A stretch of DNA of 64,000 nt from Patescibacteria group bacterium (GTDB lineage Bacteria > Patescibacteriota > Microgenomatia > Levybacterales > UBA12049), in assembly GCA_038063415.1 (NCBI GenBank), contig JBBTVD010000006.1:221882-285881 (forward strand), written 5' to 3'. Numbering within the stretch: position 1 is the first letter of the stretch; every line of letters begins with the position of its first letter. The notes under the pieces are model-generated. The model was not told where the DNA came from. It saw nothing but the letters and a program-made list of their open reading frames with translations, and did not search any database. Positions 35,087-43,810 of the stretch are shown here, piece by piece. Both the position numbers and the translations under genes were made by a program.

Positions 35087-35970
35087 CGCAAAGCCTCCTC
35101 AAGTAGTGTTTTGAGAGCAGTTTTTTCATCTCGATATTTGATAATAACTGGCACTTGGATATGAATACCTTGTGCATCAGCAAATGCATTCTCACCTTTT
35201 GGCCGTGTCCCATTCACAACAACTGCTCCTTCTGGGATTTCAAGAGGCGTACTCCTTGTTGCTCTATACACTTTTTCCTTAACTAAATCATATACAGGTG
35301 TTGCCGAGGTAATATTGACGCCAGGTGTCAGAACAACCCGAGAATGAAGAATAACTCCTTCTGCAATTGAGGTATTAATACCCATAAGCACCTCATCCTC
35401 AACAATACAAGGATTTGCATTTACTGGCTCAAGCACTCCTCCAACTTGCGCACCTGCTGAGATGTGGCATCGCTCCCCAACCTGTGCACAACTTCCAACA
35501 AGCGCATGCGAATCAATCATCGTACCGCTCCCAATGTAGGAGCCAATAGCAATATAACTTGGCGGCATGACAATCACATTTTTGCCAAAATAAACGCCAT
35601 CCCGAACACTCGTCCCACCAGGCACAATACGCAAGTTATCACCAGCAAAATCAAACGAGCGCAACGGTAATGTATCCTTATCTGAAAATTGAAGTGTTTC
35701 TTTTTTGTGAGACATCCTTGTGAGTTCTCCCAAACGCATACAGACCAAGATGCCTTCTTTCACCCAGGCATTTGCTTGCCAGATTCCTTTTGTATTTTTT
35801 TCAGCCGAACGAAGAGATCCCTCGTTGAGCGCTTGAAGAAAGGCTACAACAACAGCGTGAGCAGCAGCAGTACGACGCAATTCTTCGACTGAAAGTGTTG
35901 CTAACGCTATCATTTTTTTGTGTAATTGTTCTTTTCTCATAGTATTAGTATAAACAGACAGCTTCAACAA
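35083..35970 (-). CDS. dapD: Tetrahydrodipicolinate N-succinyltransferase (hexapeptide-repeat)
   Basis: GSLRSAEKNTKGIWQANAWVKEGILVCMR and TMIDSHALVGSCAQVGERCHISAGAQVGGVLEPVNANPCIVED match E. coli DapD closely ([63 protein letters not shown]). Confidence 0.88.
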   Translation of the reverse strand: MLKLSVYTNTMRKEQLHKKMIALATLSVEELRRTAAAHAVVVAFLQALNEGSLRSAEKNTKGIWQANAWVKEGILVCMRLGELTRMSHKKETLQFSDKDTLPLRSFDFAGDNLRIVPGGTSVRDGVYFGKNVIVMPPSYIAIGSYIGSGTMIDSHALVGSCAQVGERCHISAGAQVGGVLEPVNANPCIVEDEVLMGINTSIAEGVILHSRVVLTPGVNITSATPVYDLVKEKVYRATRSTPLEIPEGAVVVNGTRPKGENAFADAQGIHIQVPVIIKYRDEKTALKTLLEEALR

Positions 35971-37005
35971 TAGCCACCTGTTTTTCTAAATCTGCAACGG
36001 CAATTGATTCATGAGTACTATGTGAATCGTTTGTCCCATCGCCGATATTAACTACCTGAAGTCCTTTTTGATTAAAGTAATTCGCATCCGAAACGCTCCA
36101 ACTTTGAGTATATACTGGATTAATTTTCTGCTGTCGCATAACTTCGGCGATCGATTGTACCCATGGATCATTCTCGGCAAAACGGTACACTCGTTGCTCA
36201 AGTTGTGCTGTTGTCTGTGCTTTAAGTTGATACTTCGTTGCAATCGACTCTACTTGGGTAAACACTTTTTGTGTATAGGTGTGCAAACGTTCTTCATCAA
36301 AACCACGCATATCTCCTTGAAGGATCCCTTCACCAGGTACAGTATTGCGAGTAGAACCAAACTTACCGACACCGATATTAAAGGTTGTCTGATTGTCAAG
36401 ATGTCCTGTTTTTACTGAAGTTAATAATTCTCCAAGTGCAGGGATTATGCTTTTTGCTCTTTCAGGGAAAGATGAGTGACCGCTTTTCCCAATCAAGGAG
36501 ATATCAATACGCATATATGCTGCTGAACCCAGCACTATAGTTCCAACTGGTAAAGCAATATCACAAATAAGTCCCTTGGTTGCGGTAAGTTTTTTGTAAT
36601 TAAATCCCAAAGCACCTGTATTGGTTGACTCTTCATCAACAGTAAACAGTATTTCGAGTGGGCGATGTTCTTTCTCTTTAATTCGTTCGATCACTTCCAG
36701 GATAACGGCAATCATAACTTTATTATCTGCTCCAAGGATAGTATCTCCTTGCGATCTGATTACGCCATCCTCAATGAGAGGAACGATACCGCGCCCTGGT
36801 TCAACGGTATCCATATGTGCGGATAGAAAGAGCGGTTCGCCCTTGCCAGATATACGTACAAAAACATTGCCTATCGTATCTTTCTCAACAAAAATATTTC
36901 TTTGTGCAAAATGAGACATAAGATACGCAGCCATTTTTTCTTCATGACCGGTTGGACTGTCGATTTGTACCAATTTTATAAAAGTATCTATTAGACTATT
37001 CATAT
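35945..37005 (-). CDS. dapE: M20-family metallopeptidase, probably succinyl-diaminopimelate desuccinylase
   Basis: M20 motifs (SAHMDTVEPG, GKSGHSS). Start set at MNSLIDT (37005), which is preceded by AGGAGA. The ORF-track start (37030) would run through the terminator hairpin. Confidence 0.7.
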
Positions 37006-37015
37006 TTCTCCTCAT

Positions 37016-37155
37016 AAAAAAACCCCTCATCGGAGGGGTACTTCTTCTGCGTCAGCAAAAATTCCCCTCTTACGAGAAGCGCTTCTTGCCGATTAATTTC
37101 ACAGATGCTATAGTCATATAAGACCTATATTAACAGAGAGTAATCAAAATAACAA
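37016..37155 (-). promoter_or_regulatory. Putative promoter plus attenuator leader for the lysine operon: TTGTTA-N17-TAATAT, a 15-aa leader ORF (MTIASVKLIGKKRFS) and mutually exclusive antiterminator/terminator hairpins (GAGGGG ... CCCCUC ... GAGGGG-U7)
   Basis: On the minus strand, -35 is at 37155-37150 and -10 at 37132-37127. The leader ORF runs 37117-37070 and contains AAA and AAG-AAG Lys codons. Segment 1 GAGGGG (37069-37064) directly abuts the stop codon. The terminator is CCCCUC-CGAU-GAGGGG (37038-37023) followed by U7 (37022-37016). Confidence 0.4.
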
Positions 37156-37165
37156 GAGGATAAAG

Positions 37166-37660
37166 ATGGCAAAGACAATAAAACACACTACAGGAAATAA
37201 CATTGCTATTACTGCGCTTATTATTTCTATCCTTAGTTTATTACTTAATTTTTATTTCTCTTTTGATACGACAAACTTTGAACGAGTATCCAGAAGCCAA
37301 GAACTTGTGGATGCAAATTATGAGCTTTTGTATGATGGTGGCACCAATCAGAAGATTATGCATGCCATAAAAAATGGAGAAGATATTACTCCTCTTTTTT
37401 CAAAAGAAGAGATTAATCAGTATATTGACGTATTTGAAGGATTAGGTGCATATTATTGCCAAGGTGATGTCTATAAAAAAAGTCTTACGAATACGTTTTA
37501 TAACTCACTACAATACTATTGTGAAGATCCGTATATCTTCCAAAACTTTAAAGGGAAAAAGAATGGCTCAGCAACGCTTTGTGCGGCATTTTTTCCAAAC
37601 TCAAAATTTGCTCAGACAGTTGATACAACAAATCTCAATACCTGTCATTTTAGGAACTAA
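37166..37660 (+). CDS. Hypothetical membrane-anchored protein (N-terminal TM helix); no recognisable domain
   Basis: Good RBS AGAGGA 8 nt upstream of the ATG. 164 aa with an N-terminal hydrophobic helix (IAITALIISILSLLLNFYF). Convergent 4-nt overlap with murB. Confidence 0.5.
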   Translation: MAKTIKHTTGNNIAITALIISILSLLLNFYFSFDTTNFERVSRSQELVDANYELLYDGGTNQKIMHAIKNGEDITPLFSKEEINQYIDVFEGLGAYYCQGDVYKKSLTNTFYNSLQYYCEDPYIFQNFKGKKNGSATLCAAFFPNSKFAQTVDTTNLNTCHFRN

Positions 37661-38667
37661 TGCACAATCTCCACCTCAACCTCAGGCATAAAACCAAAGG
37701 TTTCTGAAACCTTTTCTTGGATATGTCCGATAATCGTTAAGACATCCGCGGCTTTCCCCTCACCAAGATTAATAATGAAATTGGAGTGTTTGGTAGAGAC
37801 TTCCATATTGCCAATGCGATAGCCTGAAAAGCCTAAGCGTTTAATAATATACCCCATTGATACCTTCCCATGCCAGCGATCGGTGATAAACTCCTGTGTG
37901 TCCGGCCAAATGGTCAAGACTTTCTGGACATTTTTTTGATCACGAATGTTCTTAAAGACGGAACCACAAGTAGGGTATTCAATGGGATGATGCTCTTTTC
38001 GATATAAGATATTCTTGGCAGCTACTTCTTGTGCCTGATCGAACTCGGTGTCATTTGCTGCATGCATGCCAAAGAGTGCGGACATCACCAGTAATTTTTT
38101 TTCTTGCTTGATCGAGCTCTCTCGGTAGGCAAAGTGTAATTGCTCATTGGTTAGTCGGGAAAAGTGAAACCCTTCTTCCCGCAGATCAAGGACTTCAGCA
38201 CTCACCAAACGATCTTTGATTTCCCCCCCAAATGCCCCAACGTTCCCCCGTACCCCAGCACCCACCGTCCCGGGAAGTCCACCTGCCCATTCAAGTCCAG
38301 TTAGTTTTTGGGTAAAAGAATAGGTGATCAGATCATCGAGAATCACTCCAGAGAAAGCCTCAATCATATTGTCAGGCTTCACGACCATACCATCTGTTGC
38401 ATGTTTTGGTGACGCAATTTGGAGTACTGCTCCATCAAAGTACTCATCAGGCATAATGAGGTTGGAGCCAAGCCCACAGACAAAAAGACGCTTGGGCTTT
38501 TCTTTGTTGATAAAATCAAGGGATCTGAGGAGACCTTCGCGGTTTTCGGCCAAGAGAAAATGGCGTGCAACACCCCCAACCTTATACCAGGTTATTTTTG
38601 AAAGAGGGAAGTCAGAAAAAACATGCATATGCAGCTTCATTCTAGTCAATTTTGTAAGAATACGCAA
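37657..38667 (-). CDS. murB: UDP-N-acetylenolpyruvoylglucosamine reductase
   Basis: FAD-binding PCMH domain (ITWYKVGGVARHFLLAENREGLL...LFVCGLGSNLI) and the MurB C-terminal domain; 336 aa. Confidence 0.88.
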   Translation of the reverse strand: MRILTKLTRMKLHMHVFSDFPLSKITWYKVGGVARHFLLAENREGLLRSLDFINKEKPKRLFVCGLGSNLIMPDEYFDGAVLQIASPKHATDGMVVKPDNMIEAFSGVILDDLITYSFTQKLTGLEWAGGLPGTVGAGVRGNVGAFGGEIKDRLVSAEVLDLREEGFHFSRLTNEQLHFAYRESSIKQEKKLLVMSALFGMHAANDTEFDQAQEVAAKNILYRKEHHPIEYPTCGSVFKNIRDQKNVQKVLTIWPDTQEFITDRWHGKVSMGYIIKRLGFSGYRIGNMEVSTKHSNFIINLGEGKAADVLTIIGHIQEKVSETFGFMPEVEVEIVH

Positions 38668-38988
38668 TGACCTGGTAAATGACGGTTCGAATCTGTGTAC
38701 CCTATCGCCTCAGAAATTGTTCTCTAAGCTAGAATGTAGGATACCATTCCATAATTAAACTGCTTTATTACGATGCATGGAAAAGAATCTACGCCACGCC
38801 AAGACAATCTTGCTACATTACCTGAAAGAAAACAAGCCGAAGCATTAGCCAGAGCCAATTTAGGACTTTATCGTCCCGACAATTTAGTAGTATCCCTCAG
38901 ACGGATAGCACAAAAGACAGATGCTTCGATGTGGACAAATAGACTTACTCAAGGAGATGATGTTGAGACAGCTGCTTATTTTTTAGTA

Positions 38989-40788
38989 CTAGGACTGTAT
39001 TTCGGCTTCAGAAACCAGATTCTCAGGTAAACGGAAAATCCCTTCATCAAGCCTTTTTTGATCAAGGAAATGAGAGATAAACCCAACAGAGCGGGAAAGC
39101 ACAAAAAGAGCGTTAAAGAATTCACTTGCCACCAGTCGCTTCAGTTCACGATCAGAGACTCCTTCTTTTTCTGACAAAAGGTCCAGAAGCACCGCAGCAA
39201 TCGCGCCATCAACATTAAGGATGAGATTACCTTTTTTTGCTGTAGTAATCTTTTCAACAGAGAGTGCAAAGTGAGTAAAGCGTTTATGTGTTAACGATTT
39301 GGCAAACTGTTCGATTTCTTTGACCCGTGGATCGGGAGCGTCACTACGATACTTTTTGTGACCAATACCGGAGATGTATTGTCTTTTACTTGCAAACTCC
39401 TCGACAAAATTAGCAGGGTCTTTTTCTGAGCTAACACCTGTCAGCCAATTGGCTGCAGCTTGGTTAATTGCTCCACCAAATCGTGGCCCAATAGTAAGCA
39501 GTCCAGCAGAAAGTGAGGAAACCAGATCGCGTCCTGCTCTTGCCGTCACAATCGTATTCATCGCTCCAGAAACGTACGGCCCATGATCAGCAAGAAGCCG
39601 TAGAACAAAATCCGTAAAGTTCTCGAGTTCTTTGGAATGGATCTTCTTGCCCAAGAACATCGACATGACCAGGGTTGCAAACGACTCTTGTTTAACAATG
39701 GTCAATAAATCTTCTCCCAAGAGTTGCGGTTGTCCGTTCTTCACTCCAGAAATACTGGTGGTGATAAGCGCCCGTTGACGATTAATAAGGCTGTCGATAT
39801 CAAAGGTATAAGCTAACCCTTCAGGCACAAAGTCTTCAGGAATTGCTTGAATTTGACTCAGAAACTCAGCGTATGAATCAGCAACCTGTGCTCCTGATTG
39901 ACGAAGCATGATTCGTTTCCCGCGAGCACTTTCTTCTTGCTTTGATGCCATAGCTTTTGCATGACCAAACTGCGGGGGAGTGACAAACATTTCAGCAACG
40001 GTTCCAGCGATATAACAAATAACTTTCTTCGTTATTTTTTTTGCTTTAAGTAGATCAGCAAGTAGCGCTTCATCCGTCCCTCCGAGTTCACCAAAATACA
40101 CGATTGTCTTGGTCTGTGGGTCTTTTTCTGCTGCCAGAAAAGCCATCTCAGGCGTCGTCATCGGGAAGCGCTCACCACCAAATGACAATGAGAAAGAAAT
40201 TCGCTTGCCATAATGGGTAACCGTATTAATAATTTCATTGGTCATTCCACCAGATGAAGATAACACCGCCACTGATCCTGGAGTAAAAAGATGTGCAGTT
40301 GTTAGTTGTCGCACGTCTACCCCACCAATGGCTCCAAGCTTCATTACCGAGGGAAGAATAATACCGATACTCGCAGGCCCAGTCAGAAAGATTTTTTTCT
40401 TTTGCGCTTGCGCGTAGAGTGCAATAGCATGTTGTTCTGGGACATTTTCGGCGAAAACAATCCCACCAATCAAAGAGGGAAGAGTAGTAAGTGCTTCTTC
40501 CGTTGAGGAAAAGGTTCTTCTCCCCGATGAGAGATTAATAAAAAAGTTTGCTTCCTCTCGAATCTTTTTGGGGACATCACTGACTGATGGGAAGACAGGG
40601 ATGAGCACTTCACGCTTTCCCCAGAAGTATCGTTCGTAATTGCGTCCTGCTGCGATAATTGCTCTGATACTTGGTTCCTTTTTCCCGGATACATAATCAA
40701 AATCAAGCATTGACTGCATGATTGCAGGATAGCTACCAAGAGCAATTACTTGCACCTGTGTTTTTCGTAATGTTTGAATGTCTAACAT
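38989..40788 (-). CDS. aclA: ATP-citrate lyase alpha-type subunit (CoA-binding plus CoA-ligase domains, fused to a citrate-synthase-like C-terminal domain)
   Basis: Phospho-His region PPQFGHAKAMAS. C-terminal segments HGPYVSGAMNTIVTARAGRDLVSSLSAGLLTIGPRFGGA, IGHKKYRSDAPDPRV, LILNVDG and GFISHFLDQKRLDEGIFRLP mirror the ACLY citrate-synthase-like domain. The start is set at MLDIQ (40788), 1 nt after the aclB stop. ORF-track start is 40920. Confidence 0.85.
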   Translation of the reverse strand: MLDIQTLRKTQVQVIALGSYPAIMQSMLDFDYVSGKKEPSIRAIIAAGRNYERYFWGKREVLIPVFPSVSDVPKKIREEANFFINLSSGRRTFSSTEEALTTLPSLIGGIVFAENVPEQHAIALYAQAQKKKIFLTGPASIGIILPSVMKLGAIGGVDVRQLTTAHLFTPGSVAVLSSSGGMTNEIINTVTHYGKRISFSLSFGGERFPMTTPEMAFLAAEKDPQTKTIVYFGELGGTDEALLADLLKAKKITKKVICYIAGTVAEMFVTPPQFGHAKAMASKQEESARGKRIMLRQSGAQVADSYAEFLSQIQAIPEDFVPEGLAYTFDIDSLINRQRALITTSISGVKNGQPQLLGEDLLTIVKQESFATLVMSMFLGKKIHSKELENFTDFVLRLLADHGPYVSGAMNTIVTARAGRDLVSSLSAGLLTIGPRFGGAINQAAANWLTGVSSEKDPANFVEEFASKRQYISGIGHKKYRSDAPDPRVKEIEQFAKSLTHKRFTHFALSVEKITTAKKGNLILNVDGAIAAVLLDLLSEKEGVSDRELKRLVASEFFNALFVLSRSVGFISHFLDQKRLDEGIFRLPENLVSEAEIQS

Positions 40789-40789
40789 A

Positions 40790-42025
40790 TTAGATTGTTT
40801 TAATTGCTTTACCAATAATGTCTGGCAGGGGAGTGGTCTGGTCTCCAACAAACCCCAATAGTTTTTCTTTTTCAAGAAATGCTTCCATCTGGGCAAGTCC
40901 TTCTTCTTGATGTGGTCCACCTCGTCTGACGAATACTTGAATATGCTGCTTATGCAATGCTCCTGCTACTTCTTGTAATGCTCGTATCAGTCCACTAAAG
41001 GTAATTCGAACATCTGAAAAATTGGCAACGCCTCCAGCAATGATGAGTACTTTCTTTTTTGCTTTTGATCTCAAAAGGAGACTTACCAAATTTTTGGTAT
41101 ATAAATATACTTCTTCAGCATTGGGGTTACCACTGTATTCCCCATAGTTGGCAAGTTGTTTACCATAACCCAAATTATATCCTTCATCAGCAAGCACAAT
41201 ACTTGCCCCTCCACCGGAAAGAAGCATAAAGATGCCGCCATCCAAGTTGAGCATCTCAAGACTAAATGACGCTTGGCTTTTTTCGGACAATGCGTCTATG
41301 TTGTTTTCTTCTGTCGTTTTCTCTCTGGTCTGCGCTGCTCGGAAATCTGTTTCTGTCCAGGCATGGTGGACAAAAAAGAGTCCCGAACTATCAACTTCAG
41401 CCGCAACATCAAGCAGTGAGATGTTAGTTCCTTCCACTACCAATGGATTTATTTCAAAAAAAGAGAAATGATACTCATTAAAGGTAGAAATAAGTTTTTT
41501 TAAAAATTCTTTTGGCAAATTTAAAGCCTTTATAACTTTGTCATTCTCGCGAAGGCGGGAATCCAGCCCTGCTAAAGCACGATCCATAGATTCCGGCTCG
41601 GAGGCCGGAATGACAGGAATAAGCAGTTGATTAATTGAATTCCGATTCTCTTCAATATCGATCCCTCCCTTTACTGAAAATAACACTTCGATACCTTCAC
41701 GCGTCCGAGAAAGTGAAAGATACTTTTCTGATTCTTGTGAATGGGGGAGAAATGCTTCAATAATGACATGCGAGTATCCCTTGGCAAACAGTTTCTTTGC
41801 TTCCTTCTCTACATCAATTGACGAAACCTTCAGCGCGACAAGCCCTTGTTTCATGCGCTTTTTGACTCCTTCATCGACTTTTACGACATACGTCTGTTTC
41901 GGATCAAGTTTTTCAAGTATTTTTCTATCATCAGTTTTTGTAAAACTAATCCCCTGGTAGGGGAGACCGAGTTCTTTTGTGAGGATTCCTTTTGCACTGT
42001 ATTCACTTATTTTTTTTCGTGCCAT
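40790..42025 (-). CDS. aclB: ATP-citrate lyase beta-type subunit (ATP-grasp, SucC-like, corresponding to the ACLY N-terminal half)
   Basis: [41 protein letters not shown] and [15 protein letters not shown] correspond to the ACLY motifs [41 protein letters not shown] and IFVRRGGPNYQEGL. Confidence 0.85.
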   Translation of the reverse strand: [411 protein letters not shown]

Positions 42026-42052
42026 GAGGTAATTATACCATGAGTTAAGGAG

Positions 42053-43810
42053 TTAATACTCTTCAAGAGTTGAGGTGTCTCCAACTTCTTGTCCGAGCTC
42101 TTTTGCTTTAAGGATTCTCCGCATAATCTTTCCCGAACGAGTCTTGGGGAGCTTGTCAATAAAAGCAATCTCTCGAGGATAGGCATGCCCTGCAAGATGT
42201 TTTTTGACATGTATCTTAAGTTTTTCTTTCAGTTCATCGTTTTGTTCAACACCTGGTTTTATGACAACAAATGCTTTGATAATCTCCCCTCTGACTGGAT
42301 CTGGCTTGCCAATAACTCCTGCTTCAACCACGTCAGGATATTCCACAAGGGCACTCTCCACTTCAAATGGTCCGACTCGCTCCCCGGCGGTATTGATCAC
42401 ATCATCAGCTCTCCCGATAAACCAGAAGTAGCCATCTTTATCTTGGTATGCCTTATCACCCGAAAGATACCATTGACCATTAAAGTAAGAATCAAACTTT
42501 GCTTTATTGTGCCAGATTGTTTTCATGAGAGAAGAAACAGTGCTTGCTTTGAGTGCCAGATGCCCTTCCTCCCCTACTGGTACTTCCTTACCCTCATCAT
42601 CGATAATAGCAGCTTTTATTCCTGGTAACGGTTTCCCCATTGAACCAGGCTTTATGTCCAGAGCAGGATAGTTGGTAATACTAATCCCCCCCAGTTCTGT
42701 CTGCCACCACGTATCATGAAATGCTAGCCCGTACGTCTCAAGACCCCACCAGATGGCTTCAGGATTGAGTGGCTCCCCCACACTGCAAAGATGTCGCAAA
42801 GAAGAAAGGTTAAACCCTTTGACATCAACCGTTGCTCCCATGAGCAGTCGAATTGCTGTGGGAGCGGTATACCAGACGGTTACTTTGTATTCTGCAAGAA
42901 GCGTATGCCAATTCTCAGGATTAAACCTTCCTTCATAAAGAACGGATGTGCTTCCAAGCCCCATGGGGCCAAGCACGCCGTACACAACCCCTGTTACCCA
43001 GCCAAGATCTGCCGTACACCAATACACGTCATCTTCATGGAGATCGAGCACATATTTGGTTGTTACCATAGCTTGCAGAACATCATAATGACTGTGGACA
43101 ACTCCTTTTGGCTTGCCTGTTGTTCCTGAAGTATAAAGCATGTACGAGTAGTCTTCTTTTTGCATATGGGCGATTGCAAAGTTGTCGCTAGCTTTTTTCA
43201 TCTCTTCTTCGTAAGAAATGATGTTCTCTCCTACCGGCTTAGTTACTGACCCCCGACCAATAATAATCACTTTCTCAAGATGAGGCAGGTCTTTCCAGAT
43301 CTTTTCGATTCGAGGATAAAGAGAAGCTGTTGTTATCACGACTTTGGCTTCACTATCGGAAAGTCGGTCGGAAAGCGCCATCTCCTGAAATGCGGAGAAA
43401 AGTACTCCCGCAATCGCTCCTACTTTGAGCGTCCCGAGGAAGGCAACTACACGCTCTGGAATCGCTGGAACAAAGAGAAAGACTCTATCGCCTTTGTGGA
43501 CATCATACGAGGTAAGTACATTGGCAAACTTGTCCGTTAGTTTCTTAAGCTTTGCATACGAATATACTTCTTTGTCACCATCTGCACTTTCAAAAAGTAT
43601 TGCAGCTTTATTTTTGTTCTTTCCTTTGGCATGTCGATCAACACAATTGTACGCGATGTTTAGTGTCCCATCAGGAAAGAACTCTATCAGCTCTTTCTCT
43701 GCTTTTTGCCACGTAAACACTTTATATGTTTTTGTGTAAGTAGTTATATTTGGCGCTACAGGAACATTCTGTATCGCTTTTTTAATGATAGTTCCTTTCT
43801 GTGTGTTCAT
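42053..43810 (-). CDS. acs: AMP-forming acetyl-CoA synthetase family (acetate-CoA ligase-like)
   Basis: AMP-binding motif YTSGTTGKPKGVVHSH, then WWQTELGG, YLSGDKAYQDKDGYFWFIGRADDVIN and the C-terminal lysine region. 585 aa. Its start abuts the xfp stop. Confidence 0.8.
   Translation of the reverse strand: MNTQKGTIIKKAIQNVPVAPNITTYTKTYKVFTWQKAEKELIEFFPDGTLNIAYNCVDRHAKGKNKNKAAILFESADGDKEVYSYAKLKKLTDKFANVLTSYDVHKGDRVFLFVPAIPERVVAFLGTLKVGAIAGVLFSAFQEMALSDRLSDSEAKVVITTASLYPRIEKIWKDLPHLEKVIIIGRGSVTKPVGENIISYEEEMKKASDNFAIAHMQKEDYSYMLYTSGTTGKPKGVVHSHYDVLQAMVTTKYVLDLHEDDVYWCTADLGWVTGVVYGVLGPMGLGSTSVLYEGRFNPENWHTLLAEYKVTVWYTAPTAIRLLMGATVDVKGFNLSSLRHLCSVGEPLNPEAIWWGLETYGLAFHDTWWQTELGGISITNYPALDIKPGSMGKPLPGIKAAIIDDEGKEVPVGEEGHLALKASTVSSLMKTIWHNKAKFDSYFNGQWYLSGDKAYQDKDGYFWFIGRADDVINTAGERVGPFEVESALVEYPDVVEAGVIGKPDPVRGEIIKAFVVIKPGVEQNDELKEKLKIHVKKHLAGHAYPREIAFIDKLPKTRSGKIMRRILKAKELGQEVGDTSTLEEY

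Noticed and set aside
37016-37165. Lysine (L-box) riboswitch upstream of the dap/lys operon
   Set aside because: The leader between the promoter and dapE is only ~105 nt, well short of the ~180-nt L-box. I cannot recognise the L-box conserved segments by eye. The terminator/antiterminator plus Lys-codon mini-ORF fits peptide-mediated attenuation better. An Rfam scan is still needed.
38686-38695. GGTTCGAATC motif resembling a tRNA T-arm
   Set aside because: The flanking sequence cannot form a T-stem or acceptor stem on either strand, so there is no cloverleaf. No tRNA is called.
38773-39030. 85-aa plus-strand ORF at the murB-aclA gap
   Set aside because: It overlaps the 3' end of aclA on the opposite strand and has no RBS or domain. 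The 320-nt gap more likely holds the murB promoter.
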